Positions 49,350 to 63,730 of a DNA stretch of 64,000 bases are shown one piece after another (within the stretch, counting starts at the first letter, position 1; every line of letters begins with the position of its first letter). The notes below the pieces were generated by a model. It did not search any database. It was not told the DNA's origin and worked only from the letters and a program-made list of their open reading frames with translations. This stretch comes from Owenia fusiformis (Eukaryota). A program made the translations under genes and the position numbers. The stretch lies in contig CAIIXF020000001.1 of the NCBI GenBank assembly GCA_903813345.2, forward strand, positions 30,442,001 to 30,506,000, read 5' to 3'.

Positions 49350-49849
49350 GAATCAGGCTTGTCATCGAACAAAGGATGGCTTTCTCTATATGGTCATTTC
49401 CTCTTAGTCATTGTTTACCCAGTATTGACCGGCATTAAACATTATTAAGCATATTCAACCAAATGCAGAATAAAAAAGACATTCCCCATAATTCCCTTAA
49501 AAAAAATAGTCACCCTAATTTAGTTTATAATAATTGGATTGGATTCTAAGAGTTCATTCACACCTTGTTGAAGATTTCATTACTCATGGATGTCAATACT
49601 TAAACTCCTATTTATCAAAGCATGAATATAATTTTCTCAATCCCCAGTACATTCATTGAATTGGATAGGCCATCCTCATAGTGTCATAAATATTGGTATC
49701 ATTCACAATCATGGATTACAAGTAACATAAGTTTTTTATGACGTAAGTTTAACATCACAAGTGTGATTTTGGTGATTTTCAAATTTCCAAGAAATGAACT
49801 CCCTGATTAAATAAATAGTACCATGGGTACTGGGCTCATATGGCGTTGT

Positions 49850-50165
49850 GTTAAAATCGCCACCTAAAAACCCAGAATGTCTAAAGACTAAGCATTTGTA
49901 AACTATTATACCAAGAAACATCCCTGAAAGTTAGATCGATCCATTAAATTGTTTGGCTTAAAGCATGTAGAGAAGACTTTACAGACAAGATTTCAGGACT
50001 GAAAATCCAAACTGACCATCTTAAAATTTACCCAAAATGCCCCAAAACAAATCAGTTGTAAAGTTTTAAACCAAGAAACATCCCTAAAAGTTCAAATCAA
50101 TCCATCAAATGGATTGACTTGAAATCTGGAGACAGGATTTTAAGATTGAAAATCAAAAATGACTC
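49850..50165. repeat. Degenerate relatives of the 162-bp satellite monomer
   Basis: GAAACATCCCTGAAA, GAAAATCCAAA, TTAAAATTTACCC motifs, about two units. Confidence 0.65.
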
Positions 50166-50570
50166 AGTGTTTTCTATGGTTTTCTGTATTGATTGGTCCA
50201 AAATATGGCGAAAAACCAACTTTCTTTCGGATCATCTTCCTCATTTGACTTACTGTTGTCCATGACCTAAAACACCTGCACACCAAATTTTGAGACCCAA
50301 ATCCCATGGGAAATTTACCCACGCTTCGACTGAAAAATTCGGTTATTTCATGATTTTTTGCTATTTTCGATAAATTGCCATCTCCTTTTTCCTGGTATAA
50401 AATGTTTCTATTTTTTCATAATAAACATTTTTGTAGGACTCTTTATTACTTAATAATACTAGGAGCCCAAACACCAAATTTTGAGACCCAAATCCATTTA
50501 ATGTATTTAAACTATTGTAACTCTCTATTAATTAGAGGTAAATAAATATACAATACAATACAATACAAAT

Positions 50571-51272
50571 ACAAGAGAGCCCCCTTTAACTACTGGTTAA
50601 GATCAGAAGCTCGCCTATTTTCAAAATGGCTGCTTTTGGATCATTTGCTAGGTTTATAAATGGTGTCTTGCACAGTAAAAACCCATGTTGCTGTAAAAAG
50701 TAGTTACAGTATATGAAATAATGTTATAAAAGAAAATCGACTAAAATTTATATCTGCTTTTTTATTGTCTACCATTTTTGGGTTTTCCGACCTTAAAATT
50801 GCACATCACACAACATTGTATTGTTAATTAACAAAAGTAACCTAAAACTAGAATCCTATCAACAGAGGTTTTCTACTAAATGATCCAAAATTGAGTTTTG
50901 CGAGATAAAAAATGGTGGCCATTTTGAAAATAGGCGAGTATTAGAACTGGGAATCGTTTGATGCTGTACAAAAATAACTTACAAGAGGAATCCTATCAAC
51001 AGAGGTTTTCTACTAAACGGTCCAAAAGTGAGTTTTGCGAGACTAAAATGGCAGCCATTTTGAAAATAGCTGCAGAGCTTTTGAACCGGGAGTCATTAGG
51101 TTTTTTTTGGTATTGATGTTGAACAAAAATAACTTAAAATGGGAATCCTATCGACAGAGGTTTTAAAACATGCCACCATTGTTGACGGACAGACAGACTG
51201 ATGGACAGATGGATGGACAAACAGACTGACGGACAAGTGAGCGATTGTAAAAGCTCACCATATGAGCTAATA
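50571..51272 (-). mobile_element. HINE with short core repeats and GACA/GATG microsatellite
   Basis: GAATCCTATC.ACAGAGGTTTT three times; AGCTCA-ccata-TGAGCTAATAA terminus; ACAAG end next to (AATAC)n. Confidence 0.65.
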
Positions 51273-54200
51273 ACAAAGTACATCGGGGACTTTTCCATGT
51301 AACATACTTGGCATACTTGTTTATATTTGAAATAATTATTCAAAAGCTAGCATCAAACACTACGGGGACTTAAAATTAATTTACTAACATGATGTATGAA
51401 CCTCAAAGGACTAACATAAACACTAATAAAGTAAAAACTACTAAAAGCAAGGTTGAGTGAGTAACAACACAAACCAGTCATAAGAATATGCTCAAGACTC
51501 TTATCACCTGATTGCAAGCAAAGAAGATATCTCTCATATTCTGGAATCACTCTAAATCACTTAGTAAATTACTCTAACTGTCATTACTTCCATATCACTG
51601 ATCAGCAGCCAGGTTGGGGTCAATAATCAAGAGTCTTATTTTGGATACTAAATCAAATAAAGTGCAGTTTAAAGAGATCTACACTTCCGAATACTAGTCA
51701 ATAATTCAATTGATATGTGCGCTGATTTCCATACAATCTTGAGAACTGCTTCCTCTTACAATTAGACCTTATTTCCTAGGTCGTTGTTTTTTCTGATCAC
51801 GGTCTAAAGCATCCGCAAAATGCCAATTGTTTGTCTGATGAACTAAATCCATTAAAGATTACAATAAAATATCTACATTCCCATATGCCTGATGACAAAT
51901 TTCTACTTCATTATCTGACTCGATCATTACTTTTGCGACTCAAATGGCTTCAATTTAATTCCATAAACATTTGAAGTCTATATACAACAAATCCAGGGAA
52001 TAATTAATCAAATGGAAACACATTCTGTTCCTCAAATTACCATTTTAAAATATATTTGTGAGAAACAGGACAGATGTGAAAAATTATCATCTATGTGATC
52101 AATCACTCCACCTGGACTTGGCAATAGGGGCATAGCGTATAGTCTTTATTTGGATAATATTATAGAAGCAAAAGATTACAACACATCCCAAGATAATTCA
52201 AGATGGCTAACTTAATCATATATGGTGTATCTTTCCATTTTTACCTTTTTAATCAAATATGGTATATTTTTCAATTTTTCTTGATGTAGGTATTCATAAT
52301 ACAGACTCAACAACATTTTAAAGATATCTTATTTTTGTCTATAGGTATTAGGTACTGACTTTTACTTAATTTGGCGGCCGTTTTGATTTGATGGATCCAG
52401 TGTGAGACTTTACCATGTGGATTCGAATAATATTATGTTCTTTGCATTTCAGAGTGGTTGGATTCACATGTTATTACTGTCCTTCTATACAAACTCCTCA
52501 AAACCCTATAAACCACCTTGCAGAACATCATACCTTGGAATCAGAGGGTGAAATTTCTGTCCAAGTTTTATTATTTTGTAATAGATTGATCGAGGATTTT
52601 AATGAATGAGATATCTTCTTATTCAGCCTACATTATCCACTCCCTATGAACTCGGTAAATAGAACCTGGACAGCCAACCTCTATCTTGATTCTCAAGGTT
52701 TCAGTTTCTCTAACTTGGAATTGAAGATGGTCAACCTCATAGATTGGGGGTGTGAATGAATAGACCAATGAAATTGTGCACATGAAATCAAACTGGTAAG
52801 CGAGTATGTTCGACAATACCACATTCGAAATACAATAGAATCTTTGAAAGTGGAACGCCCTTGGTGGTTTCAAAAATTGTTCTACTTAGGAGCTGTTCAA
52901 CTTCACATATTTCGGCCAGATTGCATCTAGTAGTAGGGTAAACTCAATACTATTACCGTATTTTCTATTGAGCTCTACTTCTGTTCATATGATCTGGTTG
53001 ACTTCTGTGTTCCACTTATGGAGGTTCAGTTACATGAAGTTAATCGACCATGGGGCTTTAAAAATCTGTTCCACTTGTGAGTTGAGGTGTTCCACTTACA
53101 TGACTTAGCAGGTTCTACTTTACAGATCATTAAAGGGCAATTGTATTCAAACCTAGACAGAAAAACGAAACGAAACACACACACAGTGACCATTTTATTT
53201 AATGAATCAGTGAACAGTGATTATGTTTCCCAAATAAATGTTATATTTGCTTTCAGACATAAATTCTGCGAGAAACCCCATTTTTCTTCCGATGATCAAA
53301 ATAAAATATTTCTGGTAGTCTGGTCTGCTGAAACTCACACTATAGGCTGATCCATTAATTTCTTGTTCAAATATTTATTCCATGTTATTAAGAGGAAACC
53401 TGAATTTTATCATGGTCAAATGGAAGCCCAAGACCCAACCTAAGTATACAAAATTAAAGAGTATAAAAATGTTCTTTTGTTTTTAATATTTTAAAGCTTT
53501 TCAAATAAAATAACACATATTATATCGCATTTACTTCTTTGCATTGTAAAATCCATCACATATAGGAAAAATGGTCAAACTGATATATATTTTTCAAAGC
53601 AAATGGGTACCTACAAAACCTAATTGAATCACCAGTAGCCTGTAATATAAACACAAATAAATCATTTAAAAATAACCGTTACAATATATTTGAATTTTGC
53701 GGATCTTGTTGAGTGATCACTGTACATACGGTGTATTTAGAATTTACGAACATGTAACTATACTTGCATATTTCAGAATTCAGAAGTATGAAAATGCAAA
53801 AGCTCCAACTATTGAGAGATTGTGAAATCAATATTTGAAGAGGAAATTGAGAGGCAACATAGATGCTTGATCTATTACACCATTAGATTATATGAGCTAA
53901 AAGCATTCATAATCAGATGTATAATTGTGATATATTAGTATATCATGGGATTTCTAAAAGTTCTTAAGCTGTATAATCATGATATACTGGGGAAGCAAAA
54001 CATACATAGAAACCCTAAGACTATATACAATATCATTATTATTATTATACAATATTATATACTATTGTATATTAAATAAAGACACTACATCTTCAATTAT
54101 ACTTCTTTAATATGTAGTTTAGGAGATAACAGAAACTATAATGTTCAACAATATTCAAAAACACAAAATTATATAAATCAGCCGATGCACAAGTTACATA

Positions 54201-56513
54201 TTTAAGTCAACATCCTCGTAATTTGTTATTGATGAATTTGTATAGACCCTTGATCTTATTACCTTATACAAATAAAACAAGATCAAGTTTTTGTGTCTTC
54301 ATCAAATGTTCTTCCACATGTTATGTTAAAATGACTTACTAAAATAAAAGAGTTCTTCAGTCTGATCTGATAAATGAGAGTAACATTAAAGATAACATTT
54401 AGTCAATATAAAATCAATATGTACTTTAACAACAATATGACAACAATAGGTTTTAAAAGGATTTCAAATATCAATTCTCTTGCAAGTTGGATCATGTTTC
54501 ATTAAAAAGTCAACATATCCAATTTATAAAACAATCCCATAAGGTCAAGTAATTATTTCTTATTTCCCAATAGCCTTTTCCATTACGACTTTCCTTTTCC
54601 ATTAAGAATTGTCAATCAAATAGTAATGCTTCAATTCATGAAGCTGGTATAAATTCATAATGTGTCTTGTCAATGCAAATTCTTCAAAATACTATATTAT
54701 ATGTAGCTATTAATACAAAAAAATCTTGAATATCAGGTATGAAATTTTTTGTCAAGGTTGCCTTTGAATTCCTGGAATATGTTACTCTTGGATTCAAGTG
54801 TACATTAGTTGTGTACATTGCCACTTTATCAGAAAATATCTAGTTAACAAGTACATCCCAAAATAAATCGCACAAATGTGAAGCCCTTGATTACAACTTT
54901 AGTCATTATAATTGTAATATACAGGGTGAGACAGCGACTAATGAGTTAACAAAGATAAACTTTCTAAACAACATGTATCTGCTGAAATATGGTATGTATA
55001 CGTGTGTTGATTGTTGGGTAAAGAATATGTAAAAGTTGTTTGATCTTGTACCAGAAGCAATATTTTGTTATTTTCATCGCCAAGAATTCCTTTAAGTTTT
55101 GAACTTTGCGTCACTTTCCATATCACTATTCATCAGGAAAGAAGTTAATTTCTGGATAACTTTCATGTACATCATCTCTGAAATATTCGCTAATTATACT
55201 ACAATAATATAACCAATAACCAACCCAAGGTCAATAGTTAAAGGGTCATCAAGGGAATAACTGGACTCCTAAGATTGATTATGTTCTTATAATGATTTAA
55301 TAGAAAATATTTTGCAATGTGTGAAAAGAATTTAAGCCAAAGACTCATGCATTGTGTAATGGCCATTTCATTCAGGTGTGGTTTCCTAAATTTAACACTT
55401 GGTGCTCTAGAGAAAATTTTGGAAAGCAACACCTTCATAGAATGCTCATTCCACATACATTGCAATGAGTCCAGGGCTTAAATCTTTAATCTATCATGTG
55501 ACATAAGTTATATACAACGATGGGTTGGATTTTTGTGTTACCCTGTAAATGATTAAAAAATAAGTAAAAATAAAAACACTATGAAGACTAAAGCTTAAAG
55601 ATAAAATCATTTCAACAGAAAACTCTCTACAAATAACATCTACTGATTTTTTTGAACATGAAGAGCTTAAAGCTGTGTAATACTGATGTGATCTGCTATT
55701 AATTGGAAATATTTATAAACTATAAGCTACTTTGTCAATGAGTTCTTTTGCTGTCACTGACAGACTTTGTGTATCTTCCTTTAAGTTAAACAAAGTAGAG
55801 CTTAAAGGAAATCTAAAATAAATTATAGATATCCAAAAGGCGGGGTTTAGTTCTCCAAAAGAATACAGGAAGCTTGTTGCCTTTGAAATATAATAAGCTT
55901 GATTAATATTGGATTTTTCATAAATCATATTATGTTTCACATTGATGTTACTTATCTGATAGAAGCCAAAAACGACTTTGATGATTGAATATTATAAATA
56001 TTTCTGCATCAGATTTCAAATTATGGGGCTATTTGAGACATGTTATAAGAAGACATAATTGATGTCATGTTCATCCCTGGAACTATAGACTATCCTTAAA
56101 TTGCCATTAGGATGAATATGTTTAAGTGCAGGCCAAAATGCAAAAGACCAAAAATATAACAAAGCACAGTAGGCAAAAAAGCAAAATTGGTCAAAAGATT
56201 AAAATTTTCAATATCCCAAATTATCATTTAGTACTCAAATATACATTCCCATTTATCAGGAACTATGACCACAATCAAAAAATCACAAGACCATGGGACA
56301 TTTGAGTGTTATAAAAGGTAACCAGGCCTTCCTTGAATAATTCTTTGATTGTATGAACTGTGTACTATTTTGTCTTTAAACCACACTTTTTATCATCAGA
56401 TGATTAGTGGTAGTTAATCCATGTTCTCTCATAAATGAACTTTTTTATGAAATTAATGTAAACTAATCATTATTTATAGAGTTTCTTATTAACAAAGAGT
56501 TTCTATGAAACAA

Positions 56514-56952
56514 CTAGAAAACAGCAACTCCACGGAATAGCAAATTCCACCAAACAAAACATGTTTTGACAAATAGCAGCCATCTTGAAAATTTCTTCTC
56601 AAGCAGAGAGTCTCTAGGTATCAGCATACAAAATTAGAACCAAATCCGTAAACTGATATTTGACTAATCAAAGATTACGTCCTTTTACAACAAAGGTGGC
56701 CATTTTGAAATATAGGGGCCATTTTGAAAATTCCTTTTTAAAAAGAGCTCCTATGTCCCTATGCATTAGCATATAAACCTTGAACTAAATCTGTCAACTG
56801 GCATTTGAGTTATCAATGATTACTTTTTTACAGAAAATGGCGCCCACTTTGAATTGGGAAGCCATATTAAAAATTCCTTCTTGATCAGGTCCTACACCGA
56901 TAAGGCATATGCCTGGCTGCTTCTCTAGATACCAATTTGTTGGGATAATAAT
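56514..56952 (-). mobile_element. Deleted HINE (family of 7993-8953)
   Basis: AACTAGAAACAGCAACTCCACGGAATAGC end and TTGTTGGGATAATAA end. Confidence 0.7.
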
Positions 56953-57619
56953 GCTTTCAAACTGACTGTAGTCTAAATATCACTTCTCCAAGTTTTGCAG
57001 AAACACTAATAATTGGCATAGACTTCACCCTCATAACCCCAGTTTGCTGCTATTTTAAGTCATATTCTGAACTCCCATGGCAGTGTCTCGGAATAAATTT
57101 GTTGATGTGGGTATTTTTTCAAGTTATTTGACTGCAGAGAGTATAGAGGTAAGGCTGATTATTCAGGCTGTTTTTTTATACTTTAAGAAAATTGTCAATT
57201 ACACGCAAAATTATGTGGGAATAGAGATTAAATATGCTCCACCTGATGACTGATTGCATCTGTGCTCCATGCATACACAATCCTGAAAGCAGTTAAATGA
57301 ATATCTGGGAGTTACTATGCTACTGAAACAAAGACAAAGATTAAAATGATTGAAAACATAAGATCTTAGAAGATCATTTTTCGAATCGTTTTTCTATTAA
57401 TTATGAAACAAAATATTCTCCTAGAATTACAATCTGTAAGATAATATGTGTTAAGGGATCATACAATTTTTGCAAGAATTTTTTTCATGACAAAGTTAAC
57501 CGCTAAAGGAATACGCCCATGGTATAATAAAATGTATTAGACATTGTATGATTTTTAACTGTAACGCTTCTAAAGCATGAGATTTATTGAACAAGCCAGA
57601 TAACGTGAATGAGATCACA

Positions 57620-58092
57620 TCGAAAAACCTTCAAAATGGCCACAAGAAAACAAGATGGCCACCCAAAAGTTAATCAGCTCTAGAACTTGATATCCTATCC
57701 TGTGTGTATATCTCGAGAAAATCCGATAAGCGGTTTTCCTGGAATGGCGATGACAAGATTTATCGAAAAAATGGCCACCAGAAACAAGATTGCAACCAAA
57801 AGTTAATCAGCTCTACAACTTGATATCCTTTATCATGTGTGCAAATTTCGAGAAAATCCTATGAGCAGTTTTCCTAAAATGGCGATGACAAGATTTATAA
57901 AAAAAACTTCAAAATGGCCACCAGGAAGCAAGATGGCCACCCAAAAGTTAATCAGCTCTAGAACTTGATATCTTCTATCATGTGTGCAAGTTTGGGAGAA
58001 GATCCGATGAGTGGTTTTTCTGAAATGGCGATGAAAACCCTTCAAAATGGCCACCAGAAAGCAAGATAAGCACCGAAAAGTTAATCAGCTCT
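57620..58092 (-). repeat. Diverged array of the ~146-bp monomer (about 4 units)
   Basis: CAAGATGGCCACCCAAAAGTTAATCAGCTCTAGAACTT repeats. Confidence 0.8.
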
Positions 58093-58175
58093 CAGATCCG
58101 TTGTCACCATTATTGGGTCATGAAAAATCAAATGTGAAAATGAATAAGTTTCAGAAAAATATTATGGAATAAATA

Positions 58176-59764
58176 TACTCCTCAAAAAAAGTTGAGAGCC
58201 AGTGGTTTTCCTCATATAATAGGTTTACATGTTAACCCCCATTATACAGTGCGTATCAAAAAAACGCAACAGATTGTTATCTTGGAAAAGCACAAAACCA
58301 GTGATAACAGTGATAACAGCATTGATTTCATTCAATGCACCATAAAGCCATGTGTCTCCTCTTTTCAATGATATATCATTCATTGATATTTGGTAATGGT
58401 TGGGCGAGTAATCATTCCATTTGTCAAGTAGGCCAAAATTACCTTTTGACCAAGTTATAAACATCGCAAAAGTCAGTGTACGCAGCCCGATGCAATATTG
58501 GAAGAAAACATAAAACCAATGCTGACTGCATCCTTTTCATTCAATGTACCAAAAAGCCAAATTACTCCTCTTTGCAATGGAATATCATTCATTCACTGAG
58601 AGTCATGGCTGGCCGAATAATCATTAATTTTGCAAAGTGGGGCAAAATTCAACTCGGACCCAAGTTTTAAACAATTTAAGAGTCAGTACAAGGGGCATAG
58701 GGGCTATTGGAAGAAGGTGTGACAGGTGTGGCATAGACAGTTAAGTGTTCATACTCATACTCTTGCAAGAATACATCCTATACCCCTCCAAATTGCCACC
58801 ACTTCCTTGCACATAAAGATGCGCTCATCTGTCCACGTCATGCATGGTTCAGCCCTGAGTCATCTGTGGGTTAAAGCAGAGAAAAGCAGCCCATGGGCAA
58901 TTCTTTCTCTAGGTTTTGCAATATCTGGTGGAGGAATTGTGAGCACAGATGCTCCTGAGATAGCTCCAAAAGAAAAAGTCACAACAATTGAAGTCAGGGG
59001 AACTTCCATTGGCACTTAACCCTTGCACTGATTTTTGCAATATCTAAAACTTGGCCAAGAGTCGATTTTGACCCACTTTGCAAATGGAAGGATTTCTCAC
59101 CCAACCATTACCACATGTGAATGAATGACATATCATTGCAAAGAGGAGTGACGTGGCTTTATGGTACATCAAATGAAATTCATGTAGTCATCACTAGTTT
59201 TGAAATTTTACGAGATAACTAATTGTTGCGTTTTTTTGATACGCCCTGTATATTAGGATCTGCCATTTTTGTTAAATTTCATGAAATTCATCAATTTTGA
59301 CATCAAATTTTGACCCAATGTAATGCAGGCCTGTCAACTGTCCCGCAATTTGCGTATTTGTCACGCATTTGCTGAAGAATTTGAAGTCACGCCAGTTATT
59401 TTTGCGTGACAGAAAATGTCACACAAATACGCATTTTACCTGGTAATTGTCAAGCAAAAATATTTCTGTAGAAACATTTCTAAAAAAGTTCGTCTATACA
59501 GCAAAAATACGAATGCCGAAAAAAAAACGTACACATTTCGTTCGGACTTTTCACGCGAATTACGTATATGTCACGCATTCTGTTCGAAATTTTTCGTACC
59601 TGGTAATGGAGATATAACATTGAAATGTTGCGGACTTCATAGGGAATAGAATCAAGATACAGATTTATTTTCTTTATTGGGATTTCTTTTGTTCCACAAA
59701 TATGGGGGTTAACATGTAAACCTATGAAGAAAACCACTGGTCCTTAACTTTTTTTTGAGGAGTA
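58176..59764. mobile_element. TA-flanked Tc1-like MITE hosting nested elements
   Basis: TA|TACTCCTCAAAAAAAGTT ... AACTTTTTTTTGAGGAGTA|TA, ~65-bp TIRs; also contains a hAT-like end at 59326 (CAGGCCTGTCAAC). Confidence 0.7.
58247..59248 (-). mobile_element. Tc1/mariner derivative with transposase C-terminal relic
   Basis: TA|CAG.GCGTATCAAAAAAACGCAAC TIRs; minus-strand SPDFNCCDFFFWSYLRS...AHLYVQGSGGNLEG. Confidence 0.85.
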
Positions 59765-60575
59765 TAGGTTATTGATGGTCGTGATGCAATATTTTTTTTC
59801 CTTAAGGAAATATGATATTTTCCTCGGAAAAAATCATTATGACACTCAGGCTATCGCCCTTGGTCAATATGATATTTTCCTTGGCCAATATCATATTTTC
59901 CCCTCAGAATAACATTCATATTCCATCCCTCCCATTTAATAACAGCTCTATATATTGCAATACCATATAACACACTATCATTGAAGGATAATTGTAATAA
60001 ATGTATTGTTACAAAAACACAATTCTATCTCAGCACAATTGATGTTCTATACACCTTTTGTTATAAAGAATTATTCACCCTCAAATATAGAAGACATTAG
60101 GTCTACAATATTACCTTTGCTAACATACAAGAACAGTGTAAACTCATTTGTCAAAATTATAGAATGGTTTTGCAGGTGATTTTCCTCACGGTATCAAATG
60201 ATTACAAAAACCAACACAGAGTGGATCAATTATTTCTCCCTGCTCACTTTTGAATGTTAAAGATGAAAATAATAACGAAGCAGCTCGCTTTTTTTATGTT
60301 ACATTGAACTGTACGTATATAGTATTTTGTTTTTAAATGCAGGTGAGCAACACCTGTGTTCTTTTATGTCTACTTATTCATAAATAACATTTGTAACATT
60401 CTGTTAATGTAACAAAAATGAGGAATTACATTGATAATTCTGGCGTTTAGTAAATTATTATTTAGTGAATTATTCATTGACACAAACGTTTAGATTTTCT
60501 TTAATAATATGATGCTGACACCTGATATGTCTTGTGAAATTATATATTTACTTAATTTTATAATTACTTTTATAT

Positions 60576-61598
60576 ACAAGAACACAAATGTGTACAAAAT
60601 GTCCCCACCAATGGGTGATCCTGTCAAATGGTTATCCTGAAAATGAGTATAGACAAGACTTTACTAACACAATTTGAGGACGGAAAATCCAAAATGGCCA
60701 CCTTAAAATTTACCCAGAATGCCAGAAGTTTTGTCAGTTCTAGATTTTCATACTAAGAACCACCCCTGAAAATTTGAAATTGATCCATCACACAGTTAAC
60801 CAGAAAACATGTAAACAAGACTTTACAGACAAGATTTTAGGATGGAAAATCCAAAATGGCTGCCTTGACATTTACCCAGAATGTCAAAAAACTAATCTGT
60901 TTCTAGATTTTCATACTAAAAATCATCCCTGAAAATTTGAAATTGATCTACCAAAACAGTTCGCCTGAAGAGACAAGACTTTACAGTCAAGATTTTAGGA
61001 CGGAAAATCCAAAATGACTGCCTTGACATTTACCCAGAATGCCAAAAACCTAATCAGAACTAGATTTTTATACTAAGAATCATCCCTGAAAATTTGAAAT
61101 TGATCCACCAAATGGTTCACCTGAAAACGCGCAGACAAGACTTCACAGACAAGATTTTAGGACGAGAAAATCCAAAATGGCCAACAATAAAAAAGTGATT
61201 ATGAGTTTTTGCTGATTTCCTTTTACAATATTATCACATATAACTACTCAAACTCAAAAACACCATTCAAGATGATACAAAGTATTATCGAGCGCTAACT
61301 TTTCTTAAGAGATTCAAAATGGCTGACATGACTGAGCTAACAGCTCCAAAACCTAATCAGATGTAGAATGAAGTATGCTGAACAAGATTTTAAAGTTTTA
61401 AAAGCAACTGTGAAGCCGTTTTTCTTAAAGTTTGCAGACAAGGATTTTAGCATTTGACTTCAAAATGGCCGACAGGAAGTAGGTTTCGAGTTAATTTTTT
61501 TTCATCCACATCTATATGCACTCTTAAGTTATCCATGAAAATTTGAAGGTGATATCTGTAGCGGTTTTGGAGAAAACTCCCGGACGAACGGACAGACG

Positions 61599-61630
<32 letters not shown>

Positions 61631-61949
61631 GACGCGCCTAGGCCAACAATATGGCCCCACACTATGTGGTGGGGACATAAAAAAGCAGATACTAGTTTGC
61701 AGGCAAGGATATTAGCATTTGACTTCAAAATGGCCGACAGGAAGTAGGTTTCGAGTTAATTTTTTTTCATCCACATCTATATGCACTCATAGTTATCCAT
61801 GAAAATTTGAAGGTGATATCTGTAGCGGTTTTGGAGAAAACTCCCAGACGGACGGACGGACGGACAGACGGACGGAGAGACAGACAGACGCGCCTAGGCC
61901 GACAATATGGCCCCACACTATGTGGTTGGGACATAAAAAAGCAGATACT
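60576..61949 (-). mobile_element. HINE with 162-bp-family core repeats and a duplicated 5' end
   Basis: Subterminal IR ATGTCCCCACCA; ~3.5 satellite-like units at 60640-61190; tandem duplicate 61429-61693 / 61694-61949 with GACG/GACA microsatellite. Confidence 0.8.
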
Positions 61950-63102
61950 TGTAATAGATTATACATACTAGTATATAAATCTCATGGCAAAGTATATTTC
62001 TTTAATTACTCTCACCATGCATATAGTTACTTTGCCAGTGGCTAAGTATCCAAAGTGTGTGTCAAAATATTTATTCATTTTATATTTTATATCTCACCAC
62101 CCTATTCTTTACGTTCTTCCAAGTTGTCACAACTAATTTTTTCTCAATCAATATATGAGTTATTTCAAAAAGATTCTTTATTTTGAATATCTATAGATGA
62201 TATTTATCTCTCATGAGTACAAATGGCTATTGTAATGAATATCCAGAAAGTTAAAAAGTAGCAAATCCATATAATTTATGACAGGTAAACTGATAAGTTA
62301 ATAATATATGATAAAATGATTACAATGTTTATTATTTTTGAAAGATGAGAAATAGGAGATTCTGATCAATTCAGAGCTATAAATTGCTGCATTGGAAGAC
62401 ATGGAAGGACCCCTTAATAGCCCCCAAGATATTGCACAATCAATCAATCAATCAATGCACACAGACCACACAAGAGAGACAAGGAATGTTTTGATTGGGA
62501 CTATCATGGTCTCTAACTCTAGCATGGTTAACTCAAAACACTATATGAAGGTGATGTTGGGTTAATAGCTGATAATCTATTACTTCTCTGCACGCATGCT
62601 GTGTGTGTCTCTTATCTGTATGTGTGACCAATAAACTTTGCATGACTAACCGTAAGGTAACATTTAAACATGGGGGATTGGGATCACAATTAATTCAAAT
62701 CCTGGAAACACAAGATTAAAAACAGAAAAATAGGTCTATTTATCAGAGAAGAAGCGTTCACCTTAATCATCTAAAAGGATCCTTTAAATCAATGCATATC
62801 CGTTGTAAGAAAGGGAAAACAGTGGTTATCAGAATTAATGTTATAAAATCACGCATCTTATTTAAAGGTCTTTTGGCTCATATGATGCAGTGGTAAGAAA
62901 TGTAATCTGTAAAAAACAATTTGTACTTTGGTTTAAAAATATGAATATGATCAAGGCATCATCAGCCCATTATCATCACCAAAAAAATCAATCGAACCTT
63001 GATCCAGTCTGGTTTGGGTAAGGCTACCATAAGAGCACATTTATAGGTTTTAAAGGCAATACATGTATGATCATCTACATCACATGACACAATTATGTTA
63101 CA

Positions 63103-63730
63103 AATTTATGAAATATTTCACAATCTTTGTTCTACCTAGGAGAGAAATCAATACGTAACAGTTAAACCTAGTTAAAAAGCATTGAAAAATGTCTAGATCG
63201 CCGATTTCATGCCGCTTTTGATCCAGAGACTATATAAAGAAGCAGCAGATCCATAAAATCATTGCATCTTTGACTCCAGAACACGATGACAGAACAAGAT
63301 CCAGAAGTTCCAGATTTACCAGAGAATGATCTATCTGAAGAAAACATGATGTGGTACTCAAGTCTCAGCGCTATCTATAGGGATGGAGACAGATCCTGGG
63401 TATCGTAGGAGAGCGTGAAAGACCGTGAGAGAATGTAAGGAAGCTTGCCACACTAACAAAGCTTAACAAAGCGTGTCAAACCTTGATCAAAGCATCTCAA
63501 TTCGTGGGAAAGCATGAGAGTCCTTTATGAAAGCGTAACAAAGTATGTCAGATCTTGATGAAAGCGTCTGACCTCGTGTCAGAACTTCATGCCAGATCGT
63601 AGCAAATCTTGAGACATCTTAACCAAGCATGTCAAGTGGTGACAGACCTTGAAGACGATACACCCTCGGTGCTTTTATCAATTCGTGACAGAGCGCCCAA
63701 AATTTTTAAACAATTGAAAAATTGTTGGCA
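63103..63730. mobile_element. Rearranged partial copy of the 36072-36883 MITE
   Basis: 63480-63730 matches the reverse complement of 36220-36490; 63140-63200 matches the reverse complement of 36520-36575. Confidence 0.7.

Noticed and set aside
52400..53150. Less AT-rich stretch with overlapping short ORFs
   Set aside because: All frames are interrupted and no motif was recognised; possibly old transposon debris but unsupported
55115..55137. Second hammerhead candidate (CTGATGA...GAAA on the minus strand)
   Set aside because: Stem II is only 3 bp and no stem III or cleavage triplet can be formed
57243..57282. Candidate minus-strand 40-nt exon
   Set aside because: Weak gtggag donor and no family similarity in any frame
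59800..59950. Crypton-like non-autonomous relic (CTCAGGCTATCGCCCTTGG hairpin, AATATGATATTTTCC repeats)
   Set aside because: Too degraded to define ends or family from sequence alone
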